This document shows positions 11,375-32,077 of a DNA stretch of 40,376 nt, in pieces. Numbering within the stretch: position 1 is the first letter of the stretch; every line of letters begins with the position of its first letter. Location of the stretch: NCBI GenBank assembly GCA_048213135.1, contig PS015269.1, positions 1-40,376 of the forward strand, read 5' to 3'. This DNA is from Reclinomonas americana ATCC 50394 (lineage: Eukaryota). Below the pieces are notes generated by a model. The model worked only from the letters and a program-made list of their open reading frames with translations. It was not told the DNA's origin and did no database searches. Made by a program: the position numbers and the translations under genes.

Positions 11375-11958
11375 ACGCTCTCGACACGCACACGAGGNNN
11401 NNNNNNNNNNNNNNNNNNNNNNNNNNNNNNNNNNNNNNNNNNNNNNNNNNNNNNNNNNNNNNNNNNNNNNNNNNNNNNNNNNNNNNNNNNNNNNNNNNNN
11501 NNNNNNNNNNNNNNNNNNNNNNNNNNNNNNNNNNNNNNNNNNNNNNNNNNNNNNNNNNNNNNNNNNNNNNNNNNNNNNNNNNNNNNNNNNNNNNNNNNNN
11601 NNNNNNNNNNNNNNNNNNNNNNNNNNNNNNNNNNNNNNNNNNNNNNNNNNNNNNNNNNNNNNNNNNNNNNNNNNNNNNNNNNNNNNNNNNNNNNNNNNNN
11701 NNNNNNNNNNNNNNNNNNNNNNNNNNNNNNNNNNNNNNNNNNNNNNNNNNNNNNNNNNNNNNNNNNNNNNNNNNNNNNNNNNNNNNNNNNNNNNNNNNNN
11801 NNNNNNNNNNNNNNNNNNNNNNNNNNNNNNNGGTAGTAGTGTACGTAGGTTGTCGGTCCGTACGTCGACGGTCGGTCCGCGAGTAGTCGTACAGTCGACG
11901 TAGTAGTCGTCGTCTTTCGTAGTTCTTCTTCTTCTCCTCCTCCTCCCCCTCCCCCTCC

Positions 11959-11999
<41 letters not shown>

Positions 12000-14900
12000 T
12001 GGCTGCTTTCTGTGCAAGATGTCAGATGCATTGCTGCACGCCGTGATTTTGCAGTCTGATCACACTCCTCCCCTCTTCCCTTCCTTCCCCCTTGCGTCTC
12101 TCTCTTGCACATGGACGACTGTGGAAGGGTGACTGAATGTAGGCGTTGCACAATGCCGGATCCACTGCTGCGTGCCTTGATTTTGCAGTCTGATCTCTAA
12201 GATAGTCTTCCTCTCTCTCTCTGTCTTCCCTTCCTTCCCCGTTGCCTCTCTCTTTCTTGTGAACGGATGACTGTGGAAGGGTGACTGAATGCACAATGTC
12301 AGATCCACTGCTGCACGCCGTGTTCATGCAGTTGGATCTCTTTCATGCCGGGAATGCACGAGGCATTGATCTCTCCGTCCACCGTCCCTTACTCTCTTCG
12401 TCTTCCTCTCTCTCTCGTTTGTGGTTGACTGTGAGAAGAAGAGTACGCGCATGCTATGCAATATGTCGATGCAGCAGCGATCGCATTGTTTTGCAGGCCG
12501 ATCTCTCCCACATTCCTCCATCTCTCGCTCTTCTGCGCTCATCCTCCCTCCTTCTCTCCACCCCCGCCTTCTCATCAATCCTTCCCCCACCCTCAGAGCA
12601 AACTCCGCCACGCCGAAGGCCGCGCCGAATTCGCCCACGACACCGCCCGACGCATCCGCAGCCTCCCCATTTTGGTCTTTTACCGCTACCTGTGGTCACG
12701 CAGCAAGATGCAATTCGTGTGCACCCTCTTTGTCAGCTTCGTGCTGCCGTCGGTGCTCGAGCTGTTGCCGTTGCGTTGCTGTGCTTGAAGAGCCTCTTTG
12801 TCCTCCTCCTTGCTCTTGTCCTTCTTCTTGTTACGTGTTGTTGTCTTGTTGCTTTCTCCGATCCAATCCGTCTTCGTCTTCTCTCTCTGGGTTTCTGCGT
12901 CTCATTCTTTTCCGTGTTTCACTCTCAATCTCTGTCTCTTCTTTCTCTCATTCCGTCTCACTGTGGCTTCTCTGTCCCCCCTGTGATATTCTCTCCTTCC
13001 TCATCTTCTTTCTCACTCTCTGTGTGTTCATCGTCTTCTCTCTCTCCCCGTCTCTGTGATATGTTCTTCCTTTTTCCTCCGCCGTTTTCTTCTCTTTTTC
13101 AAGTTCTCTCCTCCTCTCTCCCTCCCTCCGTCACCTCTCCATCTTCTCCTCCTCCATCTCCCTCTCACTTTCCCCCTCTCTCGCTCTCGCTCCTTCTCGC
13201 TCCTCTCTCCTTTCTCGCTCCCTCTCTCCCTCTCCCTCTCCCCTCCTTCTCCCGCTCCCTCTCCCCCTCCTTCTCCCTCTCTCCTTCTCCCTCCTCTCTC
13301 TCCTTCTCTCTCTCTCTCCTTCTCCCCCCCCCCTTTCTCCTCATCTCTCCCTCTCCTTCTCTCTTCTGCCCCACACAGCTGGTACCTCTCGCGTCGGAAA
13401 ATCGGCCAACAAGCTCGCCAGATCCGCACCACCGTACAACACACCATGATCAACGGTCGCACCATTGACGGCGGCGCCCTGCTGCGCTTCTGCTGGATGT
13501 CGGTGTTGCACACGGCGCTGGAGATGGTGGAGAAGCACATGCGCAACTGGGTGACGCTGGCGAACCGCGGCATTGTGAAGCGCTTGGTATTTGAGCGGCT
13601 GCTGTACTCGGAGATTTGGGCGCTGGAGGATTTGGATGTGAGTGCGCGCACATATATACAGAGAGAGAGAGAGAATGAGAGCAGGAAGCGAAAGAGCTTC
13701 GCCTTACTCTTTCTCTCTCACGCAGAGAGAAAGCTCTCGTGAGCAGTCACGCTTGCTCTCTCTGTTCCTCTCACGCACACTCGCATGCAAGAGAGTGACT
13801 CTAGTTGNNNNNNNNNNNNNNNNNNNNNNNNNNNNNNNNNNNNNNNNNNNNNNNNNNNNNNNNNNNNNNNNNNNNNNNNNNNNNNNNNNNNNNNNNNNNN
13901 NNNNNNNNNNNNNNNNNNNNNNNNNNNNNNNNNNNNNNNNNNNNNNNNNNNNNNNNNNNNNNNNNNNNNNNNNNNNNNNNNNNNNNNNNNNNNNNNNNNN
14001 NNNNNNNNNNNNNNNNNNNNNNNNNNNNNNNNNNNNNNNNNNNNNNNNNNNNNNNNNNNNNNNNNNNNNNNNNNNNNNNNNNNNNNNNNNNNNNNNNNNN
14101 NNNNNNNNNNNNNNNNNNNNNNNNNNNNNNNNNNNNNNNNNNNNNNNNNNNNNNNNNNNNNNNNNNNNNNNNNNNNNNNNNNNNNNNNNNNNAGGCATCA
14201 CACCGCACTGCGTGTTCTGTCTCCTCTCTCGTCTTCTCCCTCCCTTTCTTCCTCCCTTCCTGGGCTCCTTTATCTGAGGCATTGCAATCAGCGTCTCGTC
14301 CGTCTGTCTCTCAGTCTCTCTCTCTCTCTCACACACACCCATCAAGAGAGAGATGGAAGAAGAGCATGACGCGAGAATGTGTCACACGCGGCCTTCTCAC
14401 ACTCGTTCACGCCTTCTTGGATACTATAATATTCCCACACCATTAAATACACACTCACAGACTCTCTCACACCAACATGCACGCTCTATCTTGCACTCAG
14501 GCAAACACACAGAGCTTCTCCTTTTCCCGACTTCCTTTTCCTCCCCTTCCTCCCCCCTTGTCCTCCTCCTCCTGACATCCCCTTCTCCTTTATTTGCCTC
14601 AGACCGGCACCTTCGAATCCCGCATCCAAATGGACATCTCCGCCACCATCAACCTGTTCAACAACACCATCCCCAGCATCCTCTCCAACACCAGCGCCCT
14701 CATTCGCGAATCTCGCGAACTCTACGCCCGCCGCGCCCAAATCGACGTGCTCGCCGTCGTCCGCCCCCCGCTCGTCGGCGTCGTCAAGCGCTTCCTCGAG
14801 TGGCTGCGCTTTGCGTTGCTCACGGACGCAAGGGTTGGTTTTTTTCGAAAAATCCCTTGTCTCTTCGCTTTTTCCTCACCTTTTCTTCTCCCTTGCAGCA

Positions 14901-17900
14901 AAATGCTGTCAAGTCCACCAGCAAGAGCGTCACCACCCTCTTTTCCGACACCGTCGCCGGTCTCCGCGAGATCCAGTTGAACAATCTGCAGCCAATCCAG
15001 CTGGAGCTGTTTGACGACTTGCTCGGTTGCGTCGCGCCTCCTCATGCGCACGGTGGTGTTCTTTTCATCTCACTCGCTACGCAAACAGAGGAGGAAGTCG
15101 CACAGGGCGAGGGCATCAAGTCGTTCATCGATCGCGTGTGGGGTGCCGTGTCGTCACGTGGAGTGCTCGACTTTGTATTCGAGATCATCACCGTGCACGG
15201 AGTTGCGTGGCGAGCTGGGGGATTTGTGCAGGAATGGCGGTTGCTGATTCACTCGCTGTAATCTCGCTTTCCTCGCTTCGTTTCTCTCTCGCTCTCCTCG
15301 CTTTGCGTCTCTCTCGCTCTTCTCGCTTTGCGTCTCTCTCGCTCTCCTCGCTTTGCGTCTCTCTCGCTCTCCTCGCTTTGCGTCTCTCTCGCTCTCCTCG
15401 CTTTGCGTCTCTCTCGCTCTCCTCGCTTTGCGTCTCTCTCGCTCTCCTCGCTTCGTTTCACTCGCTCTCTGCGCTTCGTTTCTCTCTCGCTCTCTGCGCT
15501 TCGTTTCTCTCTCTCTCTGCGCTTCGTTTCTCTCTCTGCGCTTCGTTTCTCGCTCTCTGCGCTTCGTTTCTCTCGCTCTCATCGCTTCGTTTCTCTCGCT
15601 CTCCTTGCTTCGTTTCTCTCTCGCTCTCTTCGCGTTCGTTTCACTCGCTCTCGTCGCTTCGTTTCTTTTGCTTCTCGTTCCTCTGTTTCTTACACTTCTC
15701 CCTCTCCCTCTTCGCAGATCATGATCCGCCGCGGAATCACCCACGAAGAATACACCAAGATCCAAGTCGACATTGATCACTGCCTGTTGCGTCTGCTTTT
15801 CCGCCGACCTCCGTTCACCTTCCCCCCTCCTCCTCACCCCCCTCTTCCCTCCCCCAGCACCCTCGCCCGCAAGACCTTCTCGCTGGTGCAAATTGGCTTC
15901 CGCACGGTGGAGCAGCAGGACCGCGTCGTCGAGATGCTGCACTTGCCGAACTTTTTGCACGAGGAGGAGGAGTCGTGCCTCACGTTGCGTGCTGCTCTTT
16001 TTCGCTCTCCATTGAATCTTCTGCTTACTCCTCTCGCGCAGTCGCGTTGCATCGTTCCGCAATCTCACTGTGCACGACGTCGTCTTCTCGTACAATGAGG
16101 ACTCGCCGGTGGCCTTGCGCATCGAGCATGTGGAGGTGCGTGAGAGATGTGAGGAGAGAGCAAGGTAGCGCACTTTTAATGCGACACTCTTGCAGTTTCT
16201 GCCGAGCAAAGCCTACGCCGTCATTGGTCAGAACCGCAGTGGCAAGAGCACCTTTGTCAACCTCATCTGCAAGCTGTATCAACCGCAGCAGGGTGTCATC
16301 ATGTTCAACGACACGGAGTTGCGCCACTTTTCCCTGACGCATTCACGAATTTGACTTTTAACTCATCGTGCGCACACACAGCTATCGTGAGATCACTCGC
16401 AGCTCCATTCGCTCGCTCATCACGTACGTGCCGCAAAAGCCGTACATTTTCGATGGCACCATTCGAGAGAACATCATGGTGGCCAATCCGGACGCCTCCG
16501 ACGACGAGGTGCTGGCCGCAGCAGAGGCCGCCGGCGTGTTTGTGCACGAGAACTCGCAGCTCAATGCTCAGCGTGTGCTGGCAAGCGCGGCGCCGGCGAA
16601 TCGACGGCGGCGGGTGGAGTGGATGATGTCGGTACGTGTGACTGCACGCAAGTGGGCATGTCTGTGTTTCTCCATCTTTTATTTTCCTGCTGATTCTTCC
16701 TCTTATCTCTCCCTTGTCCCTGCCGCGCTCATTCCATCTCTTGCTTGCACGAAAGATGTCTCTCAATTCTTCGATCGGCTGACTCTTTTGCATCCTCTGC
16801 TCACACTTCCCTCTTTCACTCTTTCACGCAGTCGCGCTCTCTCATGTCTCTCACTTCTTTGGTTCTCGACTCAGTTGTATCCCCTCTCTATTTGCCTCGC
16901 TCGCTCTCTCCTTCCCTCACACTCTCTCCCTCTCTCTCTTGTCACGAAAGCTGTCTCTCAATTCTACGATCGGCTGACTCTGTTGCATCCTCTGCCCACA
17001 ATTCCCTCCTGTCGCTCTCTCTCTCTCTCTCTCTCTCTCGTGCTCCCTCTCCCTCGCGCGAGCTGCCTCACCACACCAACCCCGACTTCTGGCGTCAGTT
17101 TCAAGCACTTCGACTTTCGCCACGTCTCTCTTTTCTCTTTATTGCTTTCTCCACTCCCTCCCCCTTCCGCATTCTTTTGTCCATTCCTTTCTCTGTCAGC
17201 GCTCCATGTCTCACTCTTTCTCTTCCCGTTCCCCTCCCTTCCCTCTCCCTTCCCCTTCCCCTCCCCCTTTCACTTCCCCTTCTCACCTCCTTTCCCTGGT
17301 TAGGGCTCCTTCATCGCCGCCAACGCCAACGAATGCAAAGACCAAGTGGCCGCCGCCGTCGCCCCGCCAACCANNNNNNNNNNNNNNNNNNNNNNNNNNN
17401 NNNNNNNNNNNNNNNNNNNNNNNNNNNNNNNNNNNNNNNNNNNNNNNNNNNNNNNNNNNNNNNNNNNNNNNNNNNNNNNNNNNNNNNNNNNNNNNNNNNN
17501 NNNNNNNNNNNNNNNNNNNNNNNNNNNNNNNNNNNNNNNNNNNNNNNNNNNNNNNNNNNNNNNNNNNNNNNNNNNNNNNNNNNNNNNNNNNNNNNNNNNN
17601 NNNNNNNNNNNNNNNNNNNNNNNNNNNNNNNNNNNNNNNNNNNNNNNNNNNNNNNNNNNNNNNNNNNNNNNNNNNNNNNNNNNNNNNNNNNNNNNNNNNN
17701 NNNNNNNNNNNNNNNNNNNNNNNNNNNNNNNNNNNNNNNNNNNNNNNNNNNNNNNNNNNNNNNNNNNNNNNNNNNNNNNNNNNNNNNNNNNNNNNNNNNN
17801 NNNNNNNNNNNNNNNNNNNNNNNNNNNNNNNNNNNNNNNNNNNNNNNNNNNNNNNNNNNNNNNNNNNNNNNNNNNNNNNNNNNNNNNNNNNNNNNNNNNN

Positions 17901-18763
17901 NNNNNNNNNNNNNNNNNNNNNNNNNNNNNNNNNNNNNNNNNNNNNNNNNNNNNNNNNNNNNNNNNNNNNNNNNNNNNNNNNNNNNNNNNNNNNNNNNNNN
18001 NNNNNNNNNNNNNNNNNNNNNNNNNNNNNNNNNNNNNNNNNNNNNNNNNNNNNNNNNNNNNNCCACCACCACCACCTCCTCCCTCATCTCCACCGATCCC
18101 GACGCTCAGTCGATCCGCTCCGACGACGCCTGGTCGATGGAGTCGGTGGAGCTGACGCGCGAGCAAAAGCAAAAAGTGCTCGACACCAAGTGCAAGGCGC
18201 GCGGCGAGAACCTCTCCGGCGGCTACGCGCAGAGTGTGGCGCTGGCGCGCGTGTTTTTGCGCCGCAACGCCCGCATCCTCATCCTGGACGAGAGCATGAG
18301 CGCCATGGACACGTACAAGAAGCGCAACATCATGAAGGAGCTGTTTGCGTTTATGCGCGCCAACTGCATGACGCTCATCATCATCAGCCACGAAATGTCG
18401 GTGCTGAACTCGGTGGATCACATTCTCGTGCTGGAGGCCGGGCGCCTGATCGAGCAGGGCTCGCTGGCCGAGTTGTCGGCGGCGCCGTTGCGTGGTCTCC
18501 TCTGTGTGACATGGTGATCGGTCTCTCATTTGTTCTCTTGTAGATCGGAGGTGTTTTTGAAGCTAGTTGGCGACGCGTTGCCCATGTCGCAGTCCATGTC
18601 GAGCATGCACTCCATTTTGGCGTCGGCCTCTCTGGGACCAATGGACGCTGCGGTGGCGTTCCGCGCGAACTCGGTCGCGTCACCGGATACGCCGCTGTCG
18701 CCGGTGGAGCCGCCGAGTGGGCGGCGACGTGCCACCGACCCGGCACGACTCATGGGCGAATGA
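11021..18763 (+). CDS. ABC half-transporter (TMD-NBD, ABCB-like topology) with divergent motifs
   Basis: Exons 11021-11182, 12597-12769, 13379-13637, 14603-14833, 14899-15025, 15089-15201, 15718-15785, 15858-15983, 16042-16135, 16196-16317, 16382-16631, 17304-(gap)-18486 and 18544-18763 splice in frame. Walker A GQNRSGKST, Q-loop YVPQ, FDGTIRENI, signature LSGGYAQ, Walker B ILILDE, D-loop SAMD, H-loop IISH. Further exons may lie in gaps. Confidence 0.9.
12020..12330. repeat. ~135-bp tandem duplication (2 copies plus a partial) in ABC intron 1
   Basis: gattttgcagtctgatc...ttcccttccttcccc...gactgtggaagggtgactgaatg occurs twice, and gatccactgctgc starts a third copy. Confidence 0.8.
15265..15665. 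repeat. 25-bp minisatellite (ctctcgctctcctcgctttgcgtct) decaying into a shorter variant, intronic
   Basis: Directly visible tandem units within ABC intron 15202-15717. Confidence 0.9.
16745..17010. repeat. ~70-bp direct repeat (2 copies) in an ABC intron
   Basis: cacgaaag.tgtctctcaattct.cgatcggctgactct.ttgcatcctctgc.caca.ttccctc at ~16748 and ~16943. Confidence 0.8.
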
Positions 18764-19003
18764 GATGAAAGAGTGCAGGGCGGCAGCAGCAACAGCAACA
18801 GCGAGCTGGTCGGCGAGAGTGACCGAGCGGAGCCCCTGTCTCTCTTCAGAGAAGGACCGCCGTCGCGATTCGAGATCGCCGAAATGGCAATGAGCGAGGC
18901 AGACAACAACAGCACTGTCTGTGCAATGAATCAGCCACCATCCGTACATTTTTGCAGTGAAGCACCGTGCCCCCTCTCCCGTGTGCATGCGTGCTCCCTC
19001 CTC

Positions 19004-27299
<8,296 letters not shown>

Positions 27300-28072
27300 G
27301 CTTGCGAGAGATGAAGTTTGGACGAGATTTTTCGCGCGCTTTTTGTGCGTGGACAGATTCTCGTGATTGTCTCCTTGCTCTGTCTCTGATATTGAAGGCT
27401 TGCATGCGTTGCTGCGATCCGGACCGGTCTTTAGTCTGCATTCTGCTGCTTTTGCAATTGCCCAACGACGCATGCGTACATCGTTCGCGACTTGCACCCA
27501 CACCCCCACCCGCTGCTGCGGTTGCATGCGCATGATGGTGAACAGGCAGGTGTGAGCGACTGCTTGCGCCAACGATGACTGGGCTTGGCGGTGGGGAAGC
27601 CATCAACACGAACTTTGGACGCGTGATTTTCGCGCGCTTTTTGTGCGTGGACAGATCGTGGCGATTGTCTCCTTGCTCTGTCTCTGATATTGAAGGCTTG
27701 CTTTCACTTGGCTTGCTTGGAGGCGATCCGGACCGTCACTTACTCTGCTTTTGCAATTGCCCTACGATGCAGATCGTTCGCGACTTGCACCCACACCCCC
27801 AGCTGCTGCTGCTGTTGCATGCGCGTGGTGATGCACAGGTGCAGTGTGAGCGACTGCTTGCGCCAACGATGACTGGGCTTGGCGGTGGAGACGCCAGACA
27901 GGAACTGATTTTCCTTCCATCGTGGACAGATCATCCCGCGAGCAGCGACTGTCCTTTGTCCTTCGCGCAATTGTGACATCGACTTGAAGCAAACCACGCC
28001 CTCTCGCCAAAAGTCACCCTTGTGCGCGCACAAAAGCAAACGAGAGACCTACTTCTCTCTCACACACAAAAA

Positions 28073-28200
28073 GTACGTGCAAGTCACTTTCTGTCACTTG
28101 TCTCTCTCTCTCTCCTCTCTCTCACTCTCTCTCTCACTCACTCACTCTCACACTCTCCTCTCTCACTCTCCTTCTCACTTTCCTTAATTTTCCATCACAG
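28073..28200 (+). other. Probable 5'-UTR intron of RAD50
   Basis: GTACGT at 28073, then a long polypyrimidine tract and CACAG at 28200, 37 nt upstream of the RAD50 ATG. Confidence 0.5.
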
Positions 28201-28237
28201 GAGTCGAGTTGTCGTCGAAGTCGACTTGCATTGACAA

Positions 28238-28365
28238 ATGACCTCACTGGAATGGATTGCGATCAGCGGTGTGCGCTCATTCGGGTTCGTGCGGGAAAGG
28301 GTCGAGCTCATCCCCCCCTCTCTGCAGTCATTCTGCATTTGCCTGACTGTTTTCATCTCCACTAT

Positions 28366-28409
<44 letters not shown>

Positions 28410-30181
28410 TTCTCTCTCTCTCTCACTCACTCACTCACTCTCCCTCACTTCCTCTCTGCACTTTCCCTTTCCCTTCCTCTCATTTCCCTTTCCTTTCCCC
28501 CTCACAGACCACAAGAGCGACAGGACTTGCAGTTCCTGAAACCGATGACGTTGCGAGGCCTTCCCACCACTGTGCTGAGTCTCCCACAGCCGACTGATCG
28601 TTCCTTCACGCGCAGAGTCATTCTCGGTCACAATGGCACCGGCAAGACGGTTTCGTGCATCACTGATCTCCCCGCTTGCACATTGCCTCACGCTCTGACG
28701 TGCAGACCATTATCGAGTGCCTGCGCGTGGCCACCACGGGAGAGATGCCGCCCGGCTCCAGCAACGGGCAGACCTTTGTGCACGACCCAAAGGTCGACGG
28801 CGACTCGAAAGTTCTCGCGCAGATCCGACTGCAGTTCAGCGATGCGAACGAGTCGAAGCACGTGGTGTTGCGTGCTCTCCTGGTTGCGCGCGTTCACTTC
28901 ATGTTGGCGTTGTCTTACTCGCAAGCGTCGCAGCACTCGCTCGTTCGAGTTGCAGCAAGTGGGCGAAAAGTCGCGCTACCGCACCCTCGACGTCACGCTC
29001 GAGACGAAGCGACGAGGTGGTGAAGTTTCGTGAAGGAGACAGATGCCCTCTCTTGCTTTTCTCGCCGCACTCCTCGTGTCTCGCCGCGCTCATCGTGTAT
29101 CGCTGTGCTCCTCGTGTCTCGCTGTGCTCCTCGTGTCTCGCTGTGCTCCTCGTGTATCGCTGTGCTCCTCGTGTCTCTCGTGTCTCGCTGTGCTCCTTGT
29201 CTCTCGCCTTGCTCCTCGTCTCTCGCCGTGCTCCTTGTCTGTCGCCGTGCTCCTTGTCTGTCGCCGCGCTCCTTGTCTGTCGCCGCGCTCCTTGTCTGTC
29301 GCCGCGCTCCTTGTCTCACACCGCGCTCCTCGTGTCTCGCCGCGGTCCCTATCTCTCGCCGCGTTCCTTGTCTCTCACCTCGCTCCTTGTATCTCGTCTT
29401 GCTCCTTGTCCTCGACACGCTTCTTGTCTCTCACCGCACTCCTTGTGTCTCGCCGTGCTCCCTGTCTCTCGCCGCTCCCCGTCTCTCTTCGTGCTTCTTG
29501 TCTCTCGCTGCGCTCCTCGTCTCTCTCCGTGCTCCTCGTCTCTTGCCGCCCTCCTTGCTCTACCGCGCTCCTTGCTCTACCGCGCTCCTTGTGTCTCTCG
29601 CCGCGCTCCCTGTCTCTCGCCGCGCTCCCTGTCTCTCGCCGCGCTCCTTGTCTCTCACCTCACCCCTTGACTCTCGCCTTGCTCCTTGCTCCTCGTCTCT
29701 CGCCCTGCTCCTCGTCTCTCGCCGCGCTCCTTGTCTCTCGCCGCGCTCCTTGTCTCTCTTCATGATTCCTGTCTCTCGCCGCTCCCTTCCCTCCCTTCAC
29801 CCTTCCTTTCCCTTCTCTCCCATCCCCACCCCTTCCCCCTTCTCACCCCCTTCCCCCTCCCTTCCCCCTCCCGCAGCGCGTCACCCAAACTAGCCGCTGC
29901 GCCGACATCAAAGACCTCATCCCGCAACTCATGCAAGTCTCCCCCGCCGTGCTCGACAACGTCATGTTCTGCCACCAAGAAGAGTCGAGCTGGCCCATGG
30001 CCCCGCCGCGCGACGTCAAGGCGCGCTTTGACGACATTTTTGCCTCGACTCGGTACCGATGCTTTTTTCTCTCTTTTCTTCTTTCTTGTCTCTCTGTTTC
30101 CCACAGCCTCTCGCAGCTACTCCATGGCCCTCGATGCTCTCCGCCGNNNNNNNNNNNNNNNNNNNNTTCTTCTTCTCTCTT

Positions 30182-30221
<40 letters not shown>

Positions 30222-31416
30222 TCCCTGCACTCACAGAGTCGCCTCTTAGAACCGATCTCACTCAACCTTGTTGCTTACTGCCTTCCCCCTTCCCTCCCCT
30301 TCCTCCCTCCCCTCTTTCCCTCTCACAGGAGGCCGAGTTCGACAACCACATGCGTGATCTCGCCATGCAACGCCACCTCAGCGACAAGCTCTCCCCGCTG
30401 CTGGAGCGCTCCTCCACTAGGTTTGGCTGACTCTTTCTCTCTTGTCAACTTTTTTTCTTTGTTGCTAACTTTGTCGCCAGCCGTGAGCAACTGCTGGCGG
30501 CCGTGCGCGAGCGCCTGGACGAATTGCGCAGCAAGGGCACCGAGCTGGTGGCCAAGAACCGCACCGACCTGACGCGCCTCAACGAGCAGATTCAACGCTG
30601 CGAGGTCGAGCTCAGCAGTCAGCGCGCCGTGCAGGGCCAGTTGAAGGAGCAGCAGGTTCCGTCATCACTTGTCTTCACCTCGCACTCTCCATCTCTTCCC
30701 AGTCCCACCTCTCCCTCTCTCTTTTCTTGCTGTCGCACTTGCACTCACTCCTCCTTGTCGCAGCGAGTGGTCCGCGATCGTCTCTCTGCGCGCCAGTCCC
30801 AGATGCACTCCATCACCACATCGGAGAGGGCGTTGGAGGAGGCCAAGCGCATTCTCAAAACGCGCACAGAGGCCATTTGCACGGCCGATCAGCACTTGCA
30901 GGAGAGCAAGGTGGCGGAGCGGCGCGAACAGTTGCGCTCCCCGCATTGCGCATCGCCTCTCACGCTCTCCGCTCACACACACGCCTCTCACGCTCTCCGC
31001 TCACACACACGCACGCAACGCAGAATCACACAGCGTCAAGTCCAACTGCGCAAAAGCCTGCAGCAGCTGAACGACGAACTGCGAATGCGCGAGGAGGAAC
31101 AGGAGCAGGGCATTCGCCTGAAGATGGAGCAGGAGCAAGCGGCCAGCCGGCAGGCACAGTTGCTGGAGCTGGAGCGAGAGTTCCGAGTTGCGTCAAAGGG
31201 ATTGTTCGCTGATGCACTTGCTGGTGTTGACCCCATTTTTGTTGATATTGCAGACCAAGGCCGCCACGCGCAATGTACGAATCCGTGCCGACGACTTTAT
31301 TACCAGCATCACCGATGCGGTGGCGCTGGCGACGCGGTCACTGGGCGATGCGAATGCAGAGCTGACGGAGGTGCGGATTGAGGGACGCAGGCACAGAGAT
31401 GCGAGAGATGAGGCGC

Positions 31417-31458
<42 letters not shown>

Positions 31459-32035
31459 AAGAGAGAGAGAGGAGACGAAGGTGCTGAGAGTAGGACNNNN
31501 NNNNNNNNNNNNNNNNNNNNNNNNNNNNNNNNNNNNNNNNNNNNNNNNNNNNNNNNNNNNNNNNNNNNNNNNNNNNNNNNNNNNNNNNNNNNNNNNNNNN
31601 NNNNNNNNNNNNNNNNNNNNNNNNNNNNNNNNNNNNNNNNNNNNNNNNNNNNNNNNNNNNNNNNNNNNNNNNNNNNNNNNNNNNNNNNNNNNNNNNNNNN
31701 NNNNNNNNNNNNNNNNNNNNNNNNNNNNNNNNNNNNNNNNNNNNNNNNNNNNNNNNNNNNNNNNNNNNNNNNNNNNNNNNNNNNNNNNNNNNNNNNNNNN
31801 NNNNNNNNNNNNNNNNNNNNNNNNNNNNNNNNNNNNNNNNNNNNNNNNNNNNNNNNNNNNNNNNNNNNNNNNNNNNNNNNNNNNNNNNNNNNNNNNNNNN
31901 NNNNNNNNNNNNNNNNNNNNNNNNNNNNNNNNNNNNNNNNNNNNNNNNNNNNNNNNNNNNNNNNNNNNNNNNNNNNNNNNNNNNNNNNNNNNNNNNNNNN
32001 NNNNNNNNNNNNNNNNNNNNGAGTAATCATCATCG

Positions 32036-32077
<42 letters not shown>

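Noticed and set aside
11832-11920. Odd gtag/tacg/gtcg-rich stretches at gap edges (also 2849-2890 and 22779-22809)
   Set aside because: They occur only at contig ends next to microsatellites and cycle through T-A-C-G, consistent with low-quality pyrosequencing read tails.
28550-28615. Reading GTTGCG donors as GC-AG introns starting 3 nt later (GTT|GCG...)
   Set aside because: It would add one residue at each junction. RAD50 spacing (P-M-T-V-I-L-G before Walker A, HVVTRSF) and the 34-aa TPR period fit only the GT cut, and GTTTCG/GTTACG variants have no GC.
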